Shown here piece by piece: positions 53,254-61,901 of a stretch of DNA of 64,000 nt (positions are counted from its first letter, which is position 1; the number at the start of each line of letters is the position of its first letter). The DNA lies in NCBI GenBank assembly GCA_004195515.1, contig PSPR01000009.1, positions 13,170 to 77,169 on the forward strand, read 5' to 3'. A program made the position numbers and the translations under genes. The notes under the pieces are model-generated. The model saw only the letters and a list, made by a program, of their open reading frames with translations, was not told where the DNA came from and ran no database searches. Source of the stretch: Methanobacteriota archaeon (lineage in GTDB: Archaea; Thermoplasmatota; Poseidoniia; Poseidoniales; Poseidoniaceae).

Positions 53254-53736
53254 ATGGCAGATACATCGTTCGTCGCAGTGGTAAATGACACCGAACCCGC
53301 AAATGGCGGCTGTTCGTACAATATGACCATCAGCGGAAATAACCTCTCGCAATTCCTAGGGAAGAAGATCGGCGACGTCGTCGATGGTATCTTTGTCGGT
53401 GAAGGCGAAGCAACTCTCGCTGGATACAAATTACAAGTCACGGGTGGTTCTGACAAGACTGGAACACCTATGAGAGCAGACTTGACCGGCGGAACCCGCC
53501 AATCTATCTTGGTAACTGCATCTACTGGATTCAAGGGGCACGATTTGGTTTACAAGACCAAAGGTGGCGAAAAGAAGCGATTCCGCTACAAACCAGATGG
53601 TATGCGCATGCGCCGTACCTTCCGAGGCAGTACTATCACCGCAGATACCCGCCAAATCAACCTCAAAGTCGTAGAAGCGGCTAACAAGTCTCTCGCAGAC
53701 ATCCTTGGTACCTCATCAGAGGAATCATCCGAGTGA
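53254..53736 (+). CDS. rps6e: 30S ribosomal protein S6e
   Basis: S6e family pattern FVAVVNDTEPANGG...KLQVTGGSDKTGTPMR...RQSILV...KGGEKKRFR. Confidence 0.85.
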   Translation: MADTSFVAVVNDTEPANGGCSYNMTISGNNLSQFLGKKIGDVVDGIFVGEGEATLAGYKLQVTGGSDKTGTPMRADLTGGTRQSILVTASTGFKGHDLVYKTKGGEKKRFRYKPDGMRMRRTFRGSTITADTRQINLKVVEAANKSLADILGTSSEESSE

Positions 53737-53775
53737 ATTAAAAGCAAATGAGAAAAGTTGGGGGGAATAGGAAGC

Positions 53776-55014
53776 ATGGCACAAAAGCTTCCGGCTCAAC
53801 CAGAAGTCAATATTGGCTTAGTCGGTCACGTCGACCATGGTAAAACCACTCTAACCCAAGCCCTATCTGGAGTTTGGACAGATACTCATTCCGAAGAACG
53901 AAAGCGTGGTATCTCGATCAAATTAGGCTATGCAGATACCGCATTCTACAAGACACCAAAAGGCGAATATTACGCTACAGGTCGTAGATCCGATGGTGGA
54001 AACGACGACGTTACCGGATTACAACGGGTTATTTCATTCGTAGATGCCCCCGGTCACGAGACTTTGATGGCGATCATGATCACCGGTGCATCCATCATGG
54101 ATGGTGCGATGTTAATGGTCGCTGCAAACGAAACCTGCCCTCAACCTCAAACCCGAGAGCATTTGATGGCATTGGGAATTGCAGGAATTGAAAATATCGT
54201 GATCGTTCAAAACAAAATCGATTTAGTAAGTCGAGAAAGAGCATTGGAATCCTATAAAGAAATCAAAAAATTCCTCAAAGGAACTATCGCTGAAGAGGCA
54301 CCTATCATTCCGGTTTCCGCTCATCACGACGTTAACCTAGACGTCTTAATTCACGCTATAGAAGAAACTATTCCAACCCCGGACCGTTCGAAAGACACCC
54401 GATCAATAATGCATGTTGCTCGATCTTTTGATATCAATCGCCCCGGCACAAGACCGGAGAAATTGCGCGGAGGAGTCATCGGCGGCAGCATTGTTGAAGG
54501 AGAATTCAATGTTGGAGACGAAATTGAAATCGGACCTGGCAGAAGAATCGAAAATGGCAATAAAGTCCACTACGAACCGATCAACTCCATTGTCAAGAGT
54601 ATGCAAGGTGGAGGCCTTAACCTCGATATAATGCACGCAGGTGGTTTATGTGGAATGGCAACACCATTGGATCCATTGACGACTACTGCCGATAATCTTA
54701 GTGGCCAAATCGTCGCACGTAAAGGCGACCTACCACCAATCCGTGATTCGGTGACCATCTCATCATACCTGTTGGAGAATATGGTTGCTGGTGAAGGAGA
54801 AGATGCTTCGCCAGTCATGCCACTCAGGTCTGGAGAGATGTTGATGGTAAACGTTGCTACAGCCACTAGTGTCGGTGTTGTTTCGAACCCTGGAAAAGGC
54901 AAAGCTACCCTCAAACTCCGCTTGCCGATATGTGCTGATGAAGGTCAACTGATCTCTCTTTCACGCCGTGTCGGCGCACGCTGGCGCCTTATCGGCCATG
55001 GAATGATTCAGTGA
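53776..55014 (+). CDS. eif2g: translation initiation factor aIF2 gamma subunit
   Basis: G1 GHVDHGKTT, G3 DAPGHE, G4 NKID, plus beta-barrel domains II and III. The ORF starts at 53758; the ATG at 53776 (MAQKLPAQPEVNIG) is the more likely start. Confidence 0.9.
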   Translation: MAQKLPAQPEVNIGLVGHVDHGKTTLTQALSGVWTDTHSEERKRGISIKLGYADTAFYKTPKGEYYATGRRSDGGNDDVTGLQRVISFVDAPGHETLMAIMITGASIMDGAMLMVAANETCPQPQTREHLMALGIAGIENIVIVQNKIDLVSRERALESYKEIKKFLKGTIAEEAPIIPVSAHHDVNLDVLIHAIEETIPTPDRSKDTRSIMHVARSFDINRPGTRPEKLRGGVIGGSIVEGEFNVGDEIEIGPGRRIENGNKVHYEPINSIVKSMQGGGLNLDIMHAGGLCGMATPLDPLTTTADNLSGQIVARKGDLPPIRDSVTISSYLLENMVAGEGEDASPVMPLRSGEMLMVNVATATSVGVVSNPGKGKATLKLRLPICADEGQLISLSRRVGARWRLIGHGMIQ

Positions 55015-55379
55015 TCACGATGCGTCGAGTCCTCATCGATGCCTGCGGCTGGGTAGCGGTTATCGAAGCTGGTATCAATATCGACAAAGCATTATTGGAA
55101 TGCTCTGGAATTCGAAACATTGCAATTGTTAAATCCGTTATGACCGAACTTGAGGCTTTACCAGGAAATTATTTGCTCGGCATTCTTTCGGCTAAAGCTG
55201 AAGTGGTCGAAGCCGAAAAAGAAGTTGGCCATCATACCGACGACCAATTATTTTCTATTGCACAGAAGGAAAATTGGCCGGTGCTAACCGTTGATACCGA
55301 ATTTAAACGGCGATTATCTATAGCAAATCTGTCTTGGATTGAGGTTAGTGGTAGATCTCATTTGAGGCTTGTGGATTGA
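55011..55379 (+). CDS. PIN-domain protein conserved downstream of aIF2-gamma
   Basis: N-terminal RVLIDACGWVAV in the position of the first PIN acidic residue, and T/D residues later (LTVDTEF). This sits at the syntenic position of the PIN gene that follows eIF2-gamma in many archaea. Confidence 0.55.
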   Translation: MITMRRVLIDACGWVAVIEAGINIDKALLECSGIRNIAIVKSVMTELEALPGNYLLGILSAKAEVVEAEKEVGHHTDDQLFSIAQKENWPVLTVDTEFKRRLSIANLSWIEVSGRSHLRLVD

Positions 55380-55849
55380 CACACAATGAATTGTGCCGGT
55401 GTGAAGTTCATATACCTCATTGTGCCGATACGACCCTGATGGCAACCAATCAACCAACCTATCAATCCTCTGAGGAGGCTGAATTAATCGAGTCTGCTCA
55501 AGAATTGGTCCAACTTCTCATCAATGTTGGAGCCAACCCTCATACTGCGAGGACTTTGCTTTGTCTATACGTTCACGGACCTTCTACCTCAAACCAATTA
55601 CAAAAACGCTGCATGATTCGCCAACCTGATGTTTCTATCGCTATCGGCGAACTCAAAGATATGGGATTGATCAATCTTGAAAATTCAAATCCGGGAGCAA
55701 GAGGACGACCCTCCCACACCTATTCATTATCCGTCCCGATAAAAGAAGCGCTTTCGCCCTTCAGAATGCTTGCCTTAAAGCGACTCCATATAATCCAAGA
55801 ACAGATCTCTAGAATATCTGAGTTAACCGATTCGGTCTTGGCCAATTAG
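55376..55849 (+). CDS. winged-helix (TrmB/ArsR-like) transcriptional regulator
   Basis: wHTH segment ARTLLCLYVHGPSTSNQLQKRCMIRQPDVSIAIGELKDMGLI. Confidence 0.5.
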   Translation: MTHNELCRCEVHIPHCADTTLMATNQPTYQSSEEAELIESAQELVQLLINVGANPHTARTLLCLYVHGPSTSNQLQKRCMIRQPDVSIAIGELKDMGLINLENSNPGARGRPSHTYSLSVPIKEALSPFRMLALKRLHIIQEQISRISELTDSVLAN

Positions 55850-56151
55850 GGCAGAGTGAATAAGGTATCGTCTCCATGTCCATCGAGCAGGCGGAGTTTT
55901 ACCGCTGCATCTATCCAAGCATGAGCATAATTGATCGCTCCAAAGGCTCTAACAAAATCGCCATTATTTTTGAAATGGAGTGCATCTGATGCATAATCAT
56001 CAGCCATTCGCATCATGACCTTCAGTTGTGATGATTGTGGGCTCCCTTCATCATGAATAGGTGTCGCCTTTGCACGAGCAGCTTTTGTTAGTGATAGATA
56101 ATGGCTGAGTTTTTCCTCGGTTATCACATCATCGACATCCAAATCACTCAC
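55846..56151 (-). CDS. DUF357-family archaeal protein
   Basis: FVRAFGAINYAHAWIDAAVKLRL matches the conserved core I recall for DUF357. 101 aa. Confidence 0.5.
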   Translation of the reverse strand: MSDLDVDDVITEEKLSHYLSLTKAARAKATPIHDEGSPQSSQLKVMMRMADDYASDALHFKNNGDFVRAFGAINYAHAWIDAAVKLRLLDGHGDDTLFTLP

Positions 56152-57163
56152 CTCTTTGGCGATTCAATAATCGATTTACATCATCGCTACGGCCTAAGGA
56201 TTGGTACAGATCTATCGCCAAGGATATCCTGCCTTCATCCTCTGCAGCACAGGCGCGCTTGAAAATTGTTCTACGCTCCTCCCAATCATTCGCAACAGTA
56301 GCTGCCGCAACCTGCTTTTGCAGTTCTATTCGGCGTAAAGCTGCTAATTCAGGAGATTGCCATATTCGAACCAATCCAGACCTTGAGGCAGTAACCATCG
56401 TATCCGCTGCCATTCCAATTAGCATATCACCAAAGTTAGCATGTGCTGATTCGGGCGTCTGCTCGGCTATTAATCCGTTCAATCCGCCTTCGACGCTCAA
56501 TATCCACCAACCGTCACCACACCTGGTTGCACAAAGGGGTTCTAGCGAACGAGACTCAACCATCTCAAGGCTATCCCAGCCATATGGATGAGGCAAACCC
56601 TCCCATAGCATTCCATCTGCCGATTGAAGTAAAACCTTACCGCCGACCATTCGGCTAACCCACGACCAGACCCTCTGCTCGAGAATTCTTTGCGAGTCAT
56701 CATTGGCAAGGCGAGCACATCTTAATTTTCCTTCATCATCTTGCCACATCAAGTGTTCACGGTCAAACCATCCAACCAAACGCCTGACCTTTCCGCTATC
56801 CAAGCGCTTCAAGCCCTTGCCTTCGTGATTGAATACATGCAATTGGCCTTTGCGACATGAAAGAACCCAACCGCCACCTGGACGTGCTAAAATATCGCTA
56901 AAACCACCGTTTGTGGATCGGCCCTCTCCTATTTGGGAGCCATCATTTGCTCTGATAACATTGAATCCATGTCCCGATAATATTCCAATCATCCCTTTTG
57001 AATAAATGGCTGCATGAACTCTAAACGGTAAAGAACGGACCCAACGTGGTTTACATTCTTGGTCGAGTAACATGATTTCTAAACCGGCGGAGACCAAAAG
57101 ATTCGGCGCTTGCCATGATCTTGAAACCGACCAACTCATTGTGAATCCTCCATCATGCCCCAA
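56144..57163 (-). CDS. beta-propeller (WD40/PQQ-like) repeat protein
   Basis: Repeated strands with a G-W/hydrophobic pattern (GGWVLSCRKGQLHVFN, GKVLLQSADGMLWEG, GWWILSVEGG, SGLVRIWQS). Overlaps both neighbours (8 nt and 28 nt). Confidence 0.5.
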   Translation of the reverse strand: MGHDGGFTMSWSVSRSWQAPNLLVSAGLEIMLLDQECKPRWVRSLPFRVHAAIYSKGMIGILSGHGFNVIRANDGSQIGEGRSTNGGFSDILARPGGGWVLSCRKGQLHVFNHEGKGLKRLDSGKVRRLVGWFDREHLMWQDDEGKLRCARLANDDSQRILEQRVWSWVSRMVGGKVLLQSADGMLWEGLPHPYGWDSLEMVESRSLEPLCATRCGDGWWILSVEGGLNGLIAEQTPESAHANFGDMLIGMAADTMVTASRSGLVRIWQSPELAALRRIELQKQVAAATVANDWEERRTIFKRACAAEDEGRISLAIDLYQSLGRSDDVNRLLNRQRGE

Positions 57164-58614
57164 GCTATCAATTGGGCTTTTGCATCATTGGTGAGGACGA
57201 AGTATCTCGAACGCCCTTTTTGCTGGACTGTTAAAATCCCTGCCCTATAGAGACGGTTGCACATCTGCGACATCCTCGGACGCTTTACACCGAGCGAATC
57301 CTGCAATCTAGCATCCGAAGGTGAGAAAGATCGTTGTGAAGCAACCTCGACTAAAGTTGCATCATTATGAGAAAGATTTCGCAAAGTCATCAAATCCAAG
57401 GGATTGCTTTGTTTGGTCCCGATTACCGGCCTACGCATCGCACTCAGCAATTCGGCAAGCCCCATCCCTTCAGGGATATTCAAAGCTGCAACCAATTGCT
57501 CCAATATTGGAATTTCATTTTCAATTTCGACTTCAGGTTGTGATTCTGGCTCAAATACCTCCTCTTCTACAATTTGGGCTTCCATCATTAATTCACTACT
57601 AGGATCAACCCATATCTCACGAGGTAGTTTTTCTTCATCCAGTATGTAATCTTCACTTGGGGTATAATTCAATTGATCTTTATTTCTCGACCTAAGGCCA
57701 CCGAATGGACCTGCAAACGATGGCATCATTGGTTGAGGTGGAGGCTGGTCTAAGATGTCCATATCTAAATCGAATCCAGTAGGTGCTTGTGGTTGAGCCA
57801 ATTCGGGTTCTTTTGTCCACATCTGTGTCGATGCTGATTCAATAATCGGCTCCGGCTCATCATAGACCGGCTTTCTTGGACGAGAGCGCTCATCATCGAC
57901 CATGTCACGCATCAAGCGCATTAATTTTGAGGGCTGCCCAATACTGCGGTCAACTAGAAAGTCAACACAGGCCTCATTCATTGACCAACCAGAGGAAGCA
58001 ACGGTGGAAATACGCTTTTCACAGAGGTCTTTTATCTGTGTATCGTCAAGATTTTTCAAGACTTCGACATGGTCGAATCGATTGATCAAAGATTCGGACC
58101 ATTGGGCTCTTTGGTCTGTGGTAAGAGTGATGACAACCACTGCATCCAAGCGCTGAAAGCCGGCCATTAAACTAGAAATTACCGAACCTAGAAGCGTGCC
58201 ATCTCCATTGGTATAATCTAGTGAAATCAGCGGTAAAGGGCCGTCGCTTTCCTGGGTGTATTTTGCCAATCTCGACACTAATTCTTGAGTTGTCCCGGGA
58301 ATGTCAAAGCCGATCATCGAACCATATATCTCATGGAGAATTTGGTTTTGCTGATCGCTCGATGGAAACATCTCCAAATGAATATGGGTTGATGTTTCTT
58401 CACCAACACATCTCAACAAAGATGTGCGTCCAGTACCGCTCTCACCAACCAATAAGATCATCCGCGCATTTCTTTGTTTCAAGAACCGAGCCCAACGTGC
58501 CGCGATATCGCCTCGACCGATCAATAATGAAGATTGACCTTTTTCCAAAGGCCTGGTTGTGAAAGGATTGGATTGGAGTGCTGGTAATTCAAGAATTGGT
58601 TTATCATCACTCAT
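57136..58614 (-). CDS. divergent Orc1/Cdc6-like or STAND-like AAA+ ATPase (Walker A Lys replaced by Arg), acidic/proline-rich linker, C-terminal winged helix
   Basis: LIGRGDIAARWARFL...ILLVGESGTGRTSLLR (P-loop with R in place of K). About 150 aa low-complexity E/P/Q linker. C-terminal wH LVEVASQRSFSPSDARLQDSLGVKRPRMSQMCNRLYRAGIL. Confidence 0.55.
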   Translation of the reverse strand: MSDDKPILELPALQSNPFTTRPLEKGQSSLLIGRGDIAARWARFLKQRNARMILLVGESGTGRTSLLRCVGEETSTHIHLEMFPSSDQQNQILHEIYGSMIGFDIPGTTQELVSRLAKYTQESDGPLPLISLDYTNGDGTLLGSVISSLMAGFQRLDAVVVITLTTDQRAQWSESLINRFDHVEVLKNLDDTQIKDLCEKRISTVASSGWSMNEACVDFLVDRSIGQPSKLMRLMRDMVDDERSRPRKPVYDEPEPIIESASTQMWTKEPELAQPQAPTGFDLDMDILDQPPPQPMMPSFAGPFGGLRSRNKDQLNYTPSEDYILDEEKLPREIWVDPSSELMMEAQIVEEEVFEPESQPEVEIENEIPILEQLVAALNIPEGMGLAELLSAMRRPVIGTKQSNPLDLMTLRNLSHNDATLVEVASQRSFSPSDARLQDSLGVKRPRMSQMCNRLYRAGILTVQQKGRSRYFVLTNDAKAQLIAWGMMEDSQ

Positions 58615-58744
58615 AGAAATGAGCGGACCAATAGAGTATATGATGTTTCAGTAAAAAGTAGCCTTGAAAGTACCCGTTAAGACGCGTTGAATCGATGACC
58701 AGGCCGGTGATTTCATGCTCAATGACGGCTTGTTAACATATGGT

Positions 58745-58766
58745 TAACGCGTTAATTAACGCGTTA
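58745..58766. promoter_or_regulatory. 22-bp perfect palindrome TAACGCGTTAATTAACGCGTTA centred on a TTAATTAA (TATA-like) core, ~60-80 bp upstream of the HMG-CoA reductase start
   Basis: Read directly from the sequence; it is its own reverse complement. A related half-site TAAGACGCGTT lies at 58676-58692 and tandem GTTAAC sites at 58732-58749. Confidence 0.6.
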
Positions 58767-58826
58767 GTCAAGCGGATTATTCATGGTGTATGCACACCCG
58801 CACTCACACCGTCGGAGGACTCATTC

Positions 58827-60128
58827 ATGCCGGTTGACAACAGTCGTCTCAAAGGCTTCTTTCGACTTGATGTCAATCAAAGGCGCCAAATGGTCGCCAC
58901 TATGGCTGAACTTAGCCCAGATGCCATTGAGGCCTTGGCTAGTCATGGTGAACTGAGTGAACAAGCCGCTGACAGAATGATCGAGAACGTAATCGGCACC
59001 ATGTCCTTACCGGTAGGAGTCGCTACCAATTTCGTCATAGATTCCAAACATTACCTCATACCTTTTTGCCTCGAGGAATCAAGCGTGGTAGCAGCTGCGT
59101 CCAATATGGCAAAACGCTGCTTAAAGATGGGTGGATTCAAGACTCAAACCGATGGCCCAATCATGATTGGTCAATTGCAAGTTCTAGACCTAGATAACCC
59201 AGTTGAGGCCGGAACAGCAATTCTTGAGAACAAACAAGAGTTGATTGATTTATGCAATTCATTACCATCGACAATGGTTCGCTTGGGCGGCGGTTGCAAA
59301 GATATTGAAACCCGAATACTAGATTCGATGAATGGCCGCACACTAGTCATCCACATCCTGGTTGATACCAGAGATGCCATGGGAGCCAATGCTGTCAATA
59401 CCATGGCAGAAATGATATCTGGAAGAGTCGAGGAAATTAGTGGGGGGAGAGTTCATTTGAGAATTCTTTCAAATCTAGCATCATTGCGATTGGCAAGAGT
59501 TAGCGCCACATTCACTCCTGAAGAGTTATCGAACGATGGCAACCCCATCGAAGGGGCAAAAATCATCGACGCAATTCTCGAAGCCCATGATTTTGCAATG
59601 ATTGACCCTTATCGGGCAACTACGCACAATAAGGGCATTATGAATGCAATCAGCCCGATAGCCCTCGCCTGTGGTCAAGACTGGCGGGCGATCGAGGCCG
59701 GTTGTCATGCCTGGGCAGCGGTTGAAGACGGTTGCTACAAATCGATGTCGAGATGGTCAAAGGACGAGTTGGGTAACTTAGTCGGCTGGCTCGAAACGCC
59801 AATGGCTGTCGGCATCGTTGGAGGAGCATCAAAAATTCACCCTGCCGCTAGAGCAAATTTGGCAATTCTTGGGGTTGAATCGGCCCAAGAATTGGCTGGA
59901 GTTATCGCAGCAGCGGGTTTGGCCCAAAATTTGGCTGCGATGAGAGCATTAGCGACCAATGGCATTCAAGCAGGTCATATGAAATTACACGCTCGCAATC
60001 TTGCAGTAAGTGCTGGTGCGGCCGGTGATGAAGTCGAACTCCTTGCCGATCTTATCAAACAGAAAGGTGGGCCGATAACACAAGGATTGGTCGACGAAGA
60101 ATTGCTCAAAATGAGAGATTCACTCTGA
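58827..60128 (+). CDS. hmgA: class II HMG-CoA reductase (mevalonate pathway)
   Basis: ENVIGTMSLPVGVATNFVIDSKHYLIPFCLEESSVVAAASNMAK closely parallels the class II (Pseudomonas mevalonii-type) pattern ENVIGTFELPYAVASNF...VPLVVEEPSIVAAASYMAK. The ATG at 58827 has GGAGG 8 nt upstream. The ORF-track start at 58740 lies inside a promoter palindrome. Confidence 0.85.
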   Translation: MPVDNSRLKGFFRLDVNQRRQMVATMAELSPDAIEALASHGELSEQAADRMIENVIGTMSLPVGVATNFVIDSKHYLIPFCLEESSVVAAASNMAKRCLKMGGFKTQTDGPIMIGQLQVLDLDNPVEAGTAILENKQELIDLCNSLPSTMVRLGGGCKDIETRILDSMNGRTLVIHILVDTRDAMGANAVNTMAEMISGRVEEISGGRVHLRILSNLASLRLARVSATFTPEELSNDGNPIEGAKIIDAILEAHDFAMIDPYRATTHNKGIMNAISPIALACGQDWRAIEAGCHAWAAVEDGCYKSMSRWSKDELGNLVGWLETPMAVGIVGGASKIHPAARANLAILGVESAQELAGVIAAAGLAQNLAAMRALATNGIQAGHMKLHARNLAVSAGAAGDEVELLADLIKQKGGPITQGLVDEELLKMRDSL

Positions 60129-60722
60129 CTCATCATCGAATAGGGTGGTTTGAACCGGTCCTTCGTCCTCATCCCTGAGGGCGAGTTTCGATTCCATCCC
60201 ATCGAGCATGCCCGATTGGGAGACCATATCTCTGAACCAAGCTTTGACTTTCTTACGATCGGTATGAGGACAGCCAAATACCTCTGAAAACCGTCGAGTT
60301 GTGGTCAATCTGCGAGTATTGCCATCGCGGCGTCGATTGACCAAGCCTGCTTGAGCAAGTGACCGGATGTGATCATATGCTCTTTGGCCCAATAATTCGA
60401 CCAGACGAGATTGCGGCATGGGCTGATGGTATGCGATAAGCGCAGCTGCTTTGAGCAACTTTTGTGGCATCTCGGTACGAGTTTCTGCCGGAAGGGAATC
60501 AGCGATTGACGGTTTTACCTCGATAGCCCATCTCCCACCGATTTCAATAACTTGTAATGCTCCACCTTTGCGTCGTTTCAGCGTACCTTGAATATTTGCC
60601 AAGGCTTCTAAAATCTCCTCGACTTCATAACCAAGCGATAGAGATAAATCCTCGGCTGTCAAAGATTTTCCTGCACTAAACATTGTGGCTTCCAATAGAG
60701 TTTCCAAGGCAATTTCCGTCAT
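60120..60722 (-). CDS. scpB: segregation and condensation protein B (ScpB)
   Basis: Two winged-helix repeats and the segment ALIAYHQPMPQSRLVELLG. Lies directly downstream of scpA-smc. Confidence 0.75.
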   Translation of the reverse strand: MTEIALETLLEATMFSAGKSLTAEDLSLSLGYEVEEILEALANIQGTLKRRKGGALQVIEIGGRWAIEVKPSIADSLPAETRTEMPQKLLKAAALIAYHQPMPQSRLVELLGQRAYDHIRSLAQAGLVNRRRDGNTRRLTTTRRFSEVFGCPHTDRKKVKAWFRDMVSQSGMLDGMESKLALRDEDEGPVQTTLFDDESE

Positions 60723-60734
60723 GTAATTACTACC

Positions 60735-61901
60735 TCACTCGACTAACCAGTCCTCTATCACGATTGTTTCTTCCGCTAAGGCAGCCGCTGCTTTTTCCTC
60801 TAGAATAGCCGCTGCTTTTTCCTCGGCTTCCTTTGCTCTTTGCAGCAAGTTTAATGCATGGCGAACAGAACCCGTATCGTCGGATTGAGAATCGTTTGAA
60901 TCCTTTTGAGCAAGTTTTTCACTCATTGAAGTAGCCTCGGCATAAGAGGTGGATTTGGGCCATTTATCTTCGATCATAATCTGATCTTCAGCACCTTCTT
61001 GGCTTACCATAGCCAAACCCCGGTGGGTCAAGAATAAGCCAGCTACGAACGAGGTAATCTTTGACTCTAACTCATAGCGGTCGGGGACAAATCCGTGCTG
61101 TTCTACCAATTTATCACGAACGATTTCTGTGACCAAATCGATTGGAATCTTACTTTCAGTAGACGAAGAAATGACCGTGCGCATAGCTTTCCAACACATC
61201 TCCAAATCCTCTTCAAGATTCTCGACGTGCATTCTCGCACCGACATTTTGCATTAAATTTTCTAATTCCTCGGCATGAAGGCGCCGATTTTCTTCTTTTA
61301 CCTTGAGAATTTCAGCCTCATCACAGGCATCTTTTAGTGCAGATAATAATTCACCTAAAGTCGAAGGACGGCCTTCATCACGGCGGATTGATTCACCGAA
61401 GAAATCCGGTAACATCGCATCTGCATTACCTTCGAGAATAGATGCGGTGAACATGAATTCCTCGTCGTCATATTCACTTTCCCAGCCAAAATCACCAAAT
61501 TCTTCTTCGTCATCCAAATCCAAAGCGATAACTCGTTCAAATAATGTCGACGCTTGGTGATTTAACACCTCCCAAGACAACCTGATCAAACGACCACAAG
61601 CGGGTAAATCCAATGAATTTGCTTCTTTGCGGACCCTTTGAGTGAATAATTTCAAGAATGCGCTCAAATCGATATTCCAGGGATCCATTCCCTCTTCTTG
61701 AACCAATGAAAGAACCAATGCGACCGAACGGTCGAAGGGATCGATCAAAACTTGGTGCTCGGCCCCATCTTCCTGAGCGATGGTCATGATTCGGTCAGCG
61801 AAGCGTTCCGCTTCGACTACATCCTCTTCTTGACCGATCAATTGGTCAATAATGTCCTGGCGTAGAAACCAGGAGTCGAGCACGGTTTGCGACATGGTCA
61901 A
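60735..61901 (-). CDS. scpA: segregation and condensation protein A (ScpA, kleisin), extended form
   Basis: Kleisin N-terminal helix region (NIDLSAFLKLFTQ). Sits between smc and scpB and overlaps smc by 4 nt. 388 aa, with acidic insertions. Confidence 0.7.
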   Translation of the reverse strand: MTMSQTVLDSWFLRQDIIDQLIGQEEDVVEAERFADRIMTIAQEDGAEHQVLIDPFDRSVALVLSLVQEEGMDPWNIDLSAFLKLFTQRVRKEANSLDLPACGRLIRLSWEVLNHQASTLFERVIALDLDDEEEFGDFGWESEYDDEEFMFTASILEGNADAMLPDFFGESIRRDEGRPSTLGELLSALKDACDEAEILKVKEENRRLHAEELENLMQNVGARMHVENLEEDLEMCWKAMRTVISSSTESKIPIDLVTEIVRDKLVEQHGFVPDRYELESKITSFVAGLFLTHRGLAMVSQEGAEDQIMIEDKWPKSTSYAEATSMSEKLAQKDSNDSQSDDTGSVRHALNLLQRAKEAEEKAAAILEEKAAAALAEETIVIEDWLVE

